The notes: generated from the letters alone by a model not told the origin. A DNA stretch of 64,000 nucleotides from Octopus vulgaris (GCA_951406725.2 OX597838.1:17608001-17672000); one strand, 5' to 3'. Shown: positions 1 through 40,906, counted from the first letter of the stretch. A program made the numbers and translations.

Positions 1-123
1 TATTTATATATTCATATTCATATGCGTATATTTATATATGTGCATATATGCATATATATATAAATACATATATATATATATATATTTACACTTATGTATA
101 TATAAGCATATATATCTATATAC

Positions 124-218
<95 letters not shown>

Positions 219-511
219 TGTATATATATATATATAGACATTTTATATCTAAGAAATACATGTATATATAGAAGGCTACAAATGGTTGTTGGAAACAATT
301 TTTTTTTCTGTTCTTAACTTCATATTGATCTTTTCCTGTTGAGAGAAAAACACAAAACAAAGGTAAAAATATACTTTCTTTCTAAACAAATGGGAAATAA
401 AGTTTGTTCTTGTTCTTATCGTTGTTTCTTGAGTTCTTCTCGTTTGGACACCTTCCATTCGTTTTTCGTTTCATCACCCAATCTCTCTATTAATATGCAT
501 ACATGCACACT

Positions 512-576
<65 letters not shown>

Positions 577-1249
577 ACATAAATGGGGAACAATGAAAAT
601 AAGTGCTCAACACTGTATTGGTAGATAAAGATTGCCATATTTGTGTATTAAGGCTAATATTTGTTTCATGTTAAGAAATATCTCAACAACTTTTCAAGCC
701 AATCACATAGAGAAATTAGTGTTCGTGTTCATTTTGAATTAAAAAACGAAAAGTCACTCATACATTTATAAAATTATATATAGAGAGAGGCATAGAGAGG
801 GGGAGAAGAGCAGTTAAAAAACGTATCTCCATGAGTGTTGAATGATCAATGTTTAAATAAAACATGGATAATTCCCCTTGATAGGAAATGATATATGACG
901 GGTGAGATGAATTAAGTCTGTTTTAAGGTTAGCGTGGTTAATAGAAGACTATTTTCATGTTTAATGCACAAACTAATTAAATCACTTTTATATAATCAAT
1001 TTAATTTAAATTTAGTATATACTACATTCTTCAGCTGTATACTCCATATTTTAAAAAAAAAACTTATGCAAACTTTAAAATATATTTACTTTCATTCATC
1101 CACATCAATTCGTAATTCAAGGTATACAATATTTCGATATAGTTAAAGAGAAAGAAATCATGCTTCTTCGTTCACAATTCAACACGCTTCTAACTTGTCG
1201 TTGGGCCGATAGCGGCAGATTATGTATATATATATATATATGGCCACCA

Positions 1250-1300
<51 letters not shown>

Positions 1301-1313
1301 GTATGTATGTATG

Positions 1314-1442
<129 letters not shown>

Positions 1443-1455
1443 CATAGATATATAT

Positions 1456-1502
<47 letters not shown>

Positions 1503-1648
1503 TATAATATTAGGGAATAAATCCAAACTTACAGGGAAAAATTAGATTTAGGATTAAATCCAATTTTATAGTATAAATATATTATATTATATTATATTAA
1601 ATTAGAGATTGATTTGCCTAATAGTGGTTTTATCTCTAATTTAATATA

Positions 1649-1717
<69 letters not shown>

Positions 1718-1978
1718 TATATGTAATCAAAGGGAAATCAGATTAAATCACAGGTAATCCTCTTGTAACAAGCACAATATCACCAATACAAAATTCTAAA
1801 ATTCCTTATTTAATGCCATTCTATATATATATATTTTTCATTTTATTTTCAGATATTTTATTCATTATTCTTCTTCCTATTGATGTTTGACCACTAATTT
1901 GAAATATTTTCTATGATAAAACAATAAGGTTTATTATTTTGATTTATTATTTTGTTATTGTTTTTGCTGTTGTTGTTG

Positions 1979-2019
<41 letters not shown>

Positions 2020-2597
2020 GGTAATTTATATTTGATTTGTTACACATCCGAATGGTTCTATTATAGGAGAAAAGTGTTTATACAAAAATCCTTTGATTCA
2101 ATAATCGACTGATTGAGTGACAAATTAATTGAGTGATTGGATGTATAACTGAGTCACTGAGTGGTTAAGAAATTGATTAATTGATTGATTGATTGATTGA
2201 TTGGTTTCTTGTTGATTTTTAAAGAATATAGAAATTATTTTTTCGAGAAATTTGGATAAACGGCTTCAGTGAACTGTGACTGAGTAAGTTACGGCTCAGT
2301 GGTTCGATGAGCTATGGTCGAGTGACACAGTTATATACTGTCTTGTGGTTCAAAGGAATAATTGGGCAGACTCGAAGTGATTGCATGATAATAATTGATT
2401 TGTGACGAAATATGTCATAGACTCAATTATCTGTATCTGAGCAACTCAGTCACTGAATTACTCGATGACTTTTTCACTCATTAACTCAAGAATTTATAGA
2501 TGAGTGACTCAGTAATTCCGTTATACATTGACGTAGAATTTTAGGATGTAGAATTTATATTGTTGAAGCATACAGAAATAATTACGAAATAATTACG

Positions 2598-2640
<43 letters not shown>

Positions 2641-3072
2641 CATATATTTGTGTGTGTGTGTATATATATACATATATATAGAAATATATATATATATATA
2701 CATATATATATACACATATATATATGGTATATAAATATATTTACATACATATATACATACATATATACATACTTACATACATACATATGTACGTACTTAC
2801 ACATTCAGCTGAAAAGTTCCAAAAATCTCGCCATTATATCTTTTCTGTAACTTTCAACCGACTAATGCATGTATGACTGCGCACGCGCACGCATCTCAGT
2901 TTGGCGGTGTGTATGTATGCATGTGAGAGCGTATTATGTGTATTTATATATTTATTTGCATTTACGTATATATATACATACGTAATATATCAGTACATAT
3001 AAGCATATACCTATGCAAACAAGTATGTATGCATAGATATGTATGCGTGCACATACATGCATGCATATATAA

Positions 3073-3135
<63 letters not shown>

Positions 3136-3612
3136 AGTACTCACCCCGAATTTCTATATATATATATATATATATATTGGCGCAGGCGTGACTATGTAGT
3201 AAAAAAATTGCAAAGTGACCGACAGAATATAAAAAATTATGTGCTGGTATTGATTCGTTCGATTAACATTGTTCAAGGCCGTGCTCCAGTCTGGCTCCAG
3301 TCTAATGACTAATAACAAGTCTAATAACAAGCAAAAATGTATGTATATATATATATATATATTATAATTCATAAACAAGTGCAAAAGAAAAAAGATTTCT
3401 ATGCCAGTATGCTGAGAATAGACTTTAAATTGTCAATCACCACATTACAATATACATTCACCATAAATACACGTCGTGCTGAAATCGGGGAAGGCAAGCT
3501 AACAGAATTTTTTTAGAAATTCGTTATCTCTATATTGAATCAATTTCGAGATTAATATGCTGCCACTTTGATGAAATTTTTTTGGGAAAAAATTTTTTAT
3601 CGTATATTTGAA

Positions 3613-3676
<64 letters not shown>

Positions 3677-3911
3677 AGACAAAAATAAATCTCTGAACGA
3701 GGTAGAAACAGTAACTGCACGACAATGAGAGGTATATTTGCTAAGTGATACGCACTTAGGTTGACGAGGGAAGGATGACCTCCCTTTGCAAATACCGATA
3801 AGGCACAGAAAGTGTGCCTATAGCCAGCTGGAGGAGATGTTCTCCTGGGGCTACAAGCTACACTAACAACCACCCTTAGTGGTTAGCCATATTGAGATGG
3901 CAAATATACCT

Positions 3912-3963
<52 letters not shown>

Positions 3964-4664
3964 GTATGTGTATACATATGCACCTCTATTTCTATACGTT
4001 TGTGTGTGTGTATGTCATCTATTGAGAAGTTATCAATACATGGTATAGATTATATTTGTATCTATTTAGATGATGCCTTTTATCGTTAGTTCGTGTTTCT
4101 CAAATGCAGATGCATGACGATACACATGCCTTAATCCAATATGGCGCCCAAATATCAATGGCTTATCGGTTAACAGAGATCACGTGAGACACATGTAAAC
4201 GGCAGTCACAGCTGAAGACTATTTTTTGCTTTTAGACATTCAACCGTATTCCATTTTTGCATTACTTTCGGAGGAATCCTCATATATATGTTCCGTGTGC
4301 GTGTGCATAAATGTATATCTGGCTATATATATATATATCTGCATGTATCTGAACCTATCTGTCTTTTATGTCACACACATATATATGTGTGTGTGTGTGT
4401 ATGTATGTATGTATATACACATATATATATATATGAGTGTGGTGTGTGTGTGCATGTGTGTATGTATGTACACGTGTATATTCGCACAGTGCTTGATAAA
4501 TAGATAGATAATGATATTGATAGACTGACAGACAGACAGACAGACATATAGATAGATAGATAGATATATAGATAGATAGATAGATAGATAGATAGGTAGG
4601 TAGGTAGGTAGGTAGGTAGGTAGGTAGGTAGGTAGGTAGGTAGGTAGGTAGGTAGGTAGATAGG

Positions 4665-4742
<78 letters not shown>

Positions 4743-5099
4743 CTTAAGTAGTTGCTTAGGTAGGTAGGTATTTAGGAAGGTAGGCATGCAGACTGAGAGA
4801 GAGGGAGAGAGGGAGAGAGAGATGGTGCAAAATTGACAAGAAAATAACAACACCCAACACCAAATACAAATGAAAGTTTAGTTATTAGCGGCCGATATTC
4901 AAGAAACAGATGTTGAAATGTCTTTTGGTTTCGAAATTTTCTTTGTCAAATAAAAATGAGTAGAAAAGAAGATGATGAGAAGTTGAAAGAAGAAGTATGT
5001 TAGTTTATATCAGTGGATAATGGAAATGACAGGTGGTTACTAAAAAAGTAAGTTAATATGATGTTCCGGTTCGACTAATTAATCTGTCATGAAGAAATT

Positions 5100-5521
5100 A
5101 CTCTTTTACTCTTTTACTCTTTTACTTGTTTCAGTCATTTGACTGCGGGGCCATGACGGAGCACCGCCTTTAGTCGAGCAAATCGACCCCGGGACTTATT
5201 CTTTTGTAAGCCCAGTACTTATTCTATCGGTCTCTTTTTGCCGAACCGCTAAGTTACGGGGACGTAAACACACCAGCATCGGTTGTCAAGCAATGCTAGG
5301 GGGACAAACATACGCACACAAACATACACACATACACATATATATATATATATATATACGACGGGCTTCTTTCAGTTTCCGTCTACCAAATCCACTCACA
5401 AGGCATTGGTCGGCCCGAGGCTATAGCTGAAGACACTTGCCCAAGATGCCACGAAGTGGGACTGAACCCGGAACCATGTGGTTGGTAAGCAAGCTACTTA
5501 CCACACAGCCACTCCTGCGCC
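5100..5521 (-). mobile_element. tRNA-derived SINE family A (internal microsatellite, (AGTAAAAG)n tail)
   Basis: Head GGCGCAGGAGTGGCTGTGTGGT...GGTTCAGTCCC (Pol III A/B boxes). About 20 full or partial copies in the window, e.g. 21590-21997, 22210-22665, 24030-24465, 33136-33613, 35545-35943, 36367-36777, 37818-38208, 41282-41735, 41748-42178, 45525-46055, 50294-50680. Confidence 0.9.
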
Positions 5522-5556
5522 TTGATGATTTAATATTATTTTATTTAACGAAGCCT

Positions 5557-5790
5557 GTGGAGCCGCGTGGCTTAGTGGTTAGGGTGCCAGCACCATGATC
5601 GTAAGATTGTGGCTTCGATTCCTGGACCGGGCGACGCGTTGTGTTCTTGAGCAAAACTCTTCATTTCACGTTGCTCCAGTCCACTCAGCTGGCAAAAATG
5701 AGTAACTCTACGATGGACTGGCGTCCCGTCCAGCGGGGGTACACACAAACCGGGAAACCGGGCCCATGAGCCTGGCTAGGCTTTAAAAGG
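5557..5790 (+). mobile_element. tRNA-derived SINE family D (V-domain-like core)
   Basis: A box TGGCTTAGTGG, B box GCTTCGATTCC, core GATGGACTGGCGTCCCGTCCAG resembling the V-SINE domain. Related heads at 22740, 43996, 60928-61168(-) and 63310-63645(-). Confidence 0.7.
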
Positions 5791-6386
5791 GCACAGTGGA
5801 GGGGCAATGGCCTAGTGGCTAGGGCATGGACTCACGGTCGGAGGATCGCGGTTTCGATTCCCAGACCGGGCGTTGTGTGTGTTTATTGAGTGAAAACACC
5901 TAAAAGCTCTCGGAAGCTCCGGCAGAGGGTAGTGGCGACCCCTGTTGTACTCTTTCGTCCTAACATTCTCTCACTCTTTCTTCCTGCTCATGGAAACCGG
6001 GCCCACGAGTCTAGCTAGGCTTTAAAAAAAGGGCGCATTTATTTATTATTATTAATAAAAGCCTTGGAAACAGTGATAAAAATCTAAGACCAACCCGTAG
6101 TCAATTTTACCTTAAACTAGTTCTTGAGTACAGTGCATGATACATTTTATGTTTATGTTTATGTTTTCCAGTTTCAGCTCTTGAGCTGTGGCCATGCTGG
6201 GGCACCGCCATGTCTATGATAATCTAAAAGAATTATTTTGAAATCCTCTACGAAATATAAGAACACATAAGAAGAGCAGAATAACCTTTTTTTCTACACA
6301 AGGTACACAATGCTCTTCATTCTAAGTAGCGAATTTAATAGGAAACATCATTAAACCGGAAAGAAAAACACCAGTCCAGTGGGACG

Positions 6387-6443
6387 ACAACAACAACAAT
6401 ATTAATAATGATGATGATGATGATGATGATGATAATAATAATA

Positions 6444-6475
<32 letters not shown>

Positions 6476-6542
6476 AATAATAACAACAACAACTACAACA
6501 ATAACAATAATAATAATTATAATAATAATAATAATAATAATA

Positions 6543-6581
<39 letters not shown>

Positions 6582-6748
6582 GTAATAATAATAATAATAA
6601 TAATAATGATGATGATGATGATGATGATGATGATAATAAAAACAACAACAACAACAATAACAATTATAATATTAATAATAATAATAATAATAATAATGAT
6701 GATGATGATGATGATGATGATAATAATAAAAACAACAACAATAACAAT

Positions 6749-6810
<62 letters not shown>
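6387..6810. repeat. (AAT)n/(GAT)n/(AAC)n compound trinucleotide microsatellite
   Basis: Read directly; it produces the poly-I/poly-M artefact ORFs. Confidence 0.95.
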
Positions 6811-7240
6811 AAAAAGGCACCAGAGGGGTGATGCATACACTGCGTGCACACAAAGATAAAATAAAATTTAATTTAATAAATATATTCTCAGACGAATTCA
6901 AATTTCAACAAAATTACATGAAGAGTGCCTATCGTTTATGCATATGTAACAAAAACAAAAGAAAGAACATTTTGATTCACCTGTCCGTCAGTCTTGAAGA
7001 TAATCAAACCAAAATTTACTGAGTTTGAGCCACTCATCCAATGAGTATTTCTGCCAAATTTGCTGAAAATCCGTACAGCCGGTTTCCAGTTATTTTGCAA
7101 ACACACAGACAAAGACGAACGACTACAATACCCTCCTTTCGCTTACGCGCGCAGGGTATTAATAATAATAATATTAATAACAACAACGACGACGACGATG
7201 ATGATGATGGTGGTGGTGGTGGTGGTGGTGATGATGATGA

Positions 7241-7271
<31 letters not shown>

Positions 7272-7499
7272 TTAGGGTGTCATTAATATACACCCTACAC
7301 CCTAAAGCAAACGTAAACAGACTGTATATGAAAAGATAGATTGGCGTCCCGTCCAGCTGGAGAACACGCAACCAAGAAACCGGGTCCGTGAGCCTGGCTA
7401 GGTTTTAAAAGGGCACAGTGGAGGCGCAATGGCCTAGTGGTTAGGGCAGCGGACTCACGGTTGGAGGATCGCGGTTTCGTTGTGTGTGGCAGAGGACTA

Positions 7500-8817
7500 A
7501 TTACTATAAGGAGCATTGTATAAGGAGTGAAAGGAGAACGCTTGCCGAGTATTTGAGAAATAGTGATGAAGACCAGCTGCAATATACCGCGAAAGATATG
7601 GGTGTATAAATGCAGATAAAATGATAGGCAAGGCAGAGTTTACCCAAAGTGCTGAGGAGAAGAGAAAAGAACTTCTTGAAATGAAAATGCATGGACAGTT
7701 TGAAAGGAATACACAGGACGTTAAGGATAATACAGCATCGTGAGCATGGCTAGAGCGAGGTGATTTGATGCGTACCACTGCTCATTGCTGCACAAGACCA
7801 GGCTCTCGCTACCAATTCAGTGAAGTATAACATCTATAATACTTCTGACACCCAGAAATGCAGACACTGTGGAGTGTGGAAAATGTGACCTACTTGGTAA
7901 GTGGATGTTAGAGCCTTGCACAAAAAGAATATAAGTGTGTGTATCTTCATTTTACGGATTCCATGGACAGCGAGGCTCACCAATGGAGAAGTTCTTAAGC
8001 AGATCAGGCCGAAACTGTCGCTGGAGGCTAGGATCACCAAGCATAGATTGGCATATTTTGGTCATATTATGCGGAGAAAATCCCTGGAGAAGGACATCAT
8101 GCTCGGAATGGTCAGTGGCAAGAGAGGAAGAGGCCGACTAAGAACCCGCTGGCTTGACACCATCAAGAGTGATACCGGAATGGACATAGCCAATTTGAAA
8201 GAAGCGGCCCAGGATAGAACTGACTGGTGGATACTGATCCATCGAGTAACCGAGAGTCGACTTCGACTGAGCGGATAGATAGATAGTATCTTCATTAGCT
8301 CTTATGCCATAAATATGAAGTAGAGAACTGGTAGAGCATGTACCAAATAAAGTTATGCAGGAGGATGGAGAAGTAACGATACTCTGGGATAATGATTTTC
8401 AGACGGATCGTGTAATCGAACACCGTCGGTCGGATATTGTTATATTGAATAAGAGAGACAAATACCGTCAGATCATTGATGTAGCCATACCAAATGACAT
8501 GAATGTTGTGAGTAAAGAGGTTGAAAAAATTCACCAAGTACTCCGAATTGAAAGTGGAAATGGCAAGACTGTATGGAATGCTAGAGTGTAAGGTAAAAAT
8601 GATACCAGTGGTGATCGGAGCGCTGGGCTCAATCCCATTGAAACTTCAAGACTTCTTAAGGCAACTGGAAATCCCATGCAAGATTGATGTCTTGCAAAAA
8701 AACAGCCTTATTGGGCACAGCTCACATCTTAAGGAAAGTATTATCTGTCTGAGGTCCTTGTGATTTGACAGACGACTAAAGACTCCGGTGCATTTTTACC
8801 TACACTGTGTTACGTAG

Positions 8818-8857
<40 letters not shown>
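7500..8857 (+). mobile_element. R4/Dong-like non-LTR retrotransposon 3' fragment (RLE endonuclease), interrupted by an RTE insert
   Basis: IAAQDQALATN...KCRHCG, then LWDNDFQTDRVIEHRRSDIVI...IIDVAIP...KYSELK...IPVVIGALG; frameshifted; ends in (TAA)n. Confidence 0.8.
7952..8285 (+). mobile_element. RTE-clade LINE 3' fragment with target-site duplication
   Basis: LRIPWTARLTNGEVL...YFGHIMRRKSLEKDIMLGMVSGKRGRGR..RWLD; (GATA)n tail; TSD GTATCTTCATT at 7941-7951 and 8286-8296. Confidence 0.88.
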
Positions 8858-9124
8858 CAAGCCATCATGCTCGTTTGATTCCAGGATCGTAAAGAAAGAG
8901 GGCAAAATGCAACAAAAAATATTATCTCTTAAAATTTGAAATAGGAAGAATTAGGTGTATGATCGATCGCATTCTCACCTTGAATCGATTTTTGTAATTT
9001 TTTCAAGACTTATATACGCCCTGATACCGTCGGTATCTACATATCAAATTTGAGTGCAACCGGATGGAGGATGCCCGAGATCCTAGAAGACACACACACA
9101 CACACACACACACAGACAAAACGG

Positions 9125-9631
<507 letters not shown>

Positions 9632-11174
9632 CTAGTTTCAGCTCAGAGCTGCGGCCATGCTGATGCACCGCCGTTTTGTGCTACACTGTTATTGCGAAGA
9701 ACCTCGTCTAATATGTGGCACTTGGTGAAGAATGGAGTTTGATATAGCTACTCTCATTTGCACCTCTTGCCGTAAGGTAGGTTCATCTGGGACTCTCGAC
9801 AGGAAGATGTTCCTCCGACTCTTTGGGAGAATATTAAAAAGCTGTGGGCCCTTGAAACCCAAGCTATTGCAGAAGCTGGTCCTGAAGCGTGATGGCATTG
9901 CTGGGATCTTTGGCACTATGCAGTGTCGTCCCGTTCTAGCATTGGTGTTGCTTACAATGCCAAAATTTGGCACAATTCCTTCCAGGATCTTCCAGACATA
10001 TATTACTGCATACCTCTCCCGTCTTCTCTCCAGAGAGTAGAGTCTTAGCTGTTTCAACCTTTCCCAGTAGCTGAGCTGTTGCAAAGAGACGATCTTCTTT
10101 GTGAATCTTCTCTGGATTGCTTCAAGGTCCGCTGTTAATTTCACACTGGTGGGTGACCATAGCTGTGAGCAGTAATCCAGGCGGCTGAGGACGAATGTCC
10201 ACCAGAGGACCATCATGGTTTCCTTATCTCTGGTTCTGAATGTTCTTAGGATCCAGCCAGTCGTCTGCACTTTGTCGCCATCCTGGTAATATGCACTCGG
10301 AAAGAGGCATCATCACTCATGTCGATACCCAGGTCCCTCACAGACTTAGGCTCTGGGATTGAAATTCCCTGTGGACCGGTGTATCCTGTAAGTTTAATAT
10401 TCAGTTTTGGATGCTAGTAGCGCAGGGCCTGGAATTTTTCAGCATTAAACTGCATATTATTATCCTCAGCCCATCTGTAGATTGAGTCCAACTCTTGCTG
10501 CAGGTGTGCAACATCGCTGGGGTTCTGTATTTTCTGCGAGACTTTCGTATCGTCTGCATAGCTGGCCAGAGTGGCTATCCGGGCATTTGAGGGCATATCT
10601 GAGAGGGCCACTATAAAAATCAGTGGTCCCAAGACAGTGCCCTGTGGAACACCGTTTACTATTTGTGTGTTCATAGAGGTGGCTCCATTAACCACTACTG
10701 CCTGACTCCTATCTTTCAGGAAGTCATGTAACCACACTCCAAGTTTTCCAGCTATGCCGAGGTCACGCAGTTTGTGGCATATCATACCATGATCCACCTT
10801 GTCAAAAGCTTTTGCAAAATCAAGGTAGATTACGTCCACATTTGATTTGTTGAGTAACTGCCTCAACACCCAGTCATAATGTTGTAAGAGCTGGGTCAGG
10901 CAGCTCCTACCTGGTCGAAAACCATGCTGGGTATCACTCAGCAACTTATTTTCCTCAAGGAATGCGATTAGTTTCTTTCTGACTATCCGTTCCATGACTT
11001 TGCTGATGTGTGAAGTCAGAGACATAGGCCTATAGTTTTTGGCATCTGCTTTACTTCCCCCTTTATGTATTGGGCATATTATTCCCTCCTTCAGCTTGCT
11101 TGGCAGTTTGCCATTCGCAAGAAAGCTCTGAAAGAGAATCTTGAGGGGTTTTGCCAGGGCATGCTTACACGCTT

Positions 11175-11176
<2 letters not shown>
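9632..11176 (-). mobile_element. CR1/L2/Jockey-group LINE, 5'-truncated RT domain with 3' end
   Basis: [79 protein letters not shown]. Contains a stop and frameshifts; embedded between (TA)n tracts. Confidence 0.93.
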
Positions 11177-11209
<33 letters not shown>

Positions 11210-11270
11210 CGTATATGCATATATATATATATACATATATGCATATATATACACACACACACACATATAT

Positions 11271-11348
<78 letters not shown>

Positions 11349-12075
11349 CGACGGTATTCTTTCAGTTTGCGTCTACCAAATCAACTCACAAGGCTTTGGT
11401 CAGCCCGCAGTTATACTAGAAGACACTCACCCAAAGTGCCACGCAGTGGGACTGAACCCGGCACCGAGTGGTTAGTTAGTATGATTGGGTCGGGCTGCAA
11501 ATAAACCAAGATTGCCAAATAAATGTAAAAAAAAAAAAAAGGAATAACAAAATGAGTGTTAACAATTATTGAGGGGCTGCGAATAAGTAAAAAAAATAAA
11601 TAAATAAATTAAAAAAAACTAAAAAAAAACAAACTAAAAACACAATGTAAAAAGTTTGTAAAAGTTTATTTTGATTATTCTTTCAAAATTACAGTTTGTT
11701 ACAAACACACACACACACACACACACACATTACACACACACTTGCGCGCGCATGTATAACAGAGAGTGTGCATTCAAGGCTGGGTTAGTCGCTGATATCC
11801 AATCGAGGTCGAGAAATTCTGAATAGCGATTCACTTAAGGACTCAATAGCATTTCATTACAGCTATCAATATGGATCGGTTACATCCTGTGAACTGCATC
11901 TGCAGCTTTTACACAGACATACAAGTATACATACATACATACATACATACATACATACATACATACATACACACACACAGAAACATATGCATATATTTAT
12001 AGTAACACAGAGGTACTTATTCATATATAATATATAATGTATATATACATATACATAAACATTTGTATGTACGTT

Positions 12076-12175
<100 letters not shown>

Positions 12176-12186
12176 TATATACATAC

Positions 12187-12217
<31 letters not shown>

Positions 12218-12229
12218 CATATATATATA

Positions 12230-12273
<44 letters not shown>

Positions 12274-12290
12274 TATACATATATATATAC

Positions 12291-12347
<57 letters not shown>

Positions 12348-12505
12348 TACATATAGACAAACCTACTATTACATGCATACAAACGCACGCATATGCATAT
12401 ATAAACATAGATATATATGTATGAACGTATATTTTTATGTATATTTATTTTTATGCGTCTATATATATATATATATATATATATTATACACACACACGCA
12501 CACAT

Positions 12506-12582
<77 letters not shown>

Positions 12583-12964
12583 GCTGTTTTTACAAGCGTA
12601 AGAGTTTATATAATAAGATATTTGAACCATTGTATCTGCTTCGTCTAAGTTCATGTGGATATATTGACAAAGATTGAAGTGGTTGCCCGAGCATAGCAAC
12701 AGCCAGCCTCTGGCTAAAACCGACCAACAAAATAATAAAAAGAATTAGACGTGTTTCTGTATTTACATCAAATGCCTGGTTTTTAAACTTCGTGTATGAG
12801 GAGGGACTGACGACCGTGTGAGGTTTAGTTTTGAGATCCGTGGATGAACGAGTCTTTGGCAATTCTTCTTGAAATTATCACGAATGAGACAAAGTTCCCA
12901 ACTGGACTGGTGTGAATAGATGTTAAATATCGTAGAAGCGTGTTACAGTTGCGGCAGCTTGTTA

Positions 12965-39671
<26,707 letters not shown>

Positions 39672-39937
39672 TTTTACCGTCGTCCTTTTGTTGCGTATTT
39701 TCCGTGTTTGCTTCTTACATCAGCTGAAGATAGACAGAAACAGACAGATGAACACATAAACACATAGAGGTATAGCTGAAATGGAGGTAAGGGTTAATAT
39801 ATACACATATATTATATATATATATATATATATATAGTTAATCCAAACAAGAAAACACAAAAAAAAAACACAAAAACGCGAGGACGTGGAACAAATATAA
39901 TATTATTGGATGCTCAGGAAAGAAGGGAAGAAGGAGG

Positions 39938-39972
39938 GTTTAACGTTTCGAGCGGAGCTCTTCGTCGGAAAC
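39938..39972 (-). ncRNA. minimal type I hammerhead-ribozyme-like motif in a PLE pseudo-LTR-like insert (39836-40050)
   Basis: Minus strand reads gttt-CCGACGA-A-GAGC-tcc-GCTC-GAAAC-GTT-aaac, with stem I and stem II paired. The sister copy at about 56385 has canonical CTGATGA. Confidence 0.55.
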
Positions 39973-40322
39973 ATAGGAGAAGGAAAGATCCAGAGAAGGG
40001 AAGACAGAGGAAAAAAAATCGCCAACGGTACACACGAGGTCACATTTTGAAAAAAAATATATATATATATACAGTGTACATTTAAACACATTAGGAATCC
40101 ACTTGTGGGATTCAACACGCTAGAAAGAACAGCTAGGGTCTATAACCACAAAATTAGGGATAAAATTCGACAGGAACGAAATTCCTCATGTGGATTCCTC
40201 ATGTGTTTAAATGTACACTGTATTTTATGACTAATACATAGTCTTTGGACTAAATTTTTACACGTTAGGCCCACTGGAAATGGAAATTTTAATTAATGTC
40301 CCTTTCCCTTTGATATGATTAA

Positions 40323-40394
<72 letters not shown>

Positions 40395-40868
40395 TTAGAG
40401 ATAAAACCATTATTAGACAACTGTGAAATTTGATTTAATCCTAAATCTAATTTTTCCCTATAAGTTTGGATATAATCCCTAATATTATTATATATATATA
40501 TATAAGAAATTTACGTATATAATTAAACAAATACATGTCTATATAATATATATATGCGCATGTCTGTGTACGTACACCCAAATATATATGTGTGTGAGTG
40601 TAAGTAAGTATATGTACGTATGTATAAACAATACAATGGTATAAAAATGCGTGTCAAAAAATTTGTGATACTTTACAAGTTAAATCCAAAACTGAAAATC
40701 CTCAGATACGTTATCGCGTCTGACTGTTACGATAGCAAAACTAATCGCAGCAATTCTGATGGGAAAGAGACGGGTGCAAAATTCGGGCTGCGGTACCGAA
40801 CGCAAAACCTTGCTGACTTAAGCCTTACCTCCACCCTCACTTTCTTTTTTAAACTTTTCATATTGTTC

Positions 40869-40906
<38 letters not shown>

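Noticed and set aside
6335-7022. Poly-Ile/poly-Met ORFs resembling membrane proteins
   Set aside because: (AAT)n/(GAT)n repeat artefacts.
12590-12862. 90-aa minus-strand ORF downstream of the ZIP stop codon
   Set aside because: It lies in the presumptive 3' UTR and has no recognisable homology; the true last exon ends at 12965.
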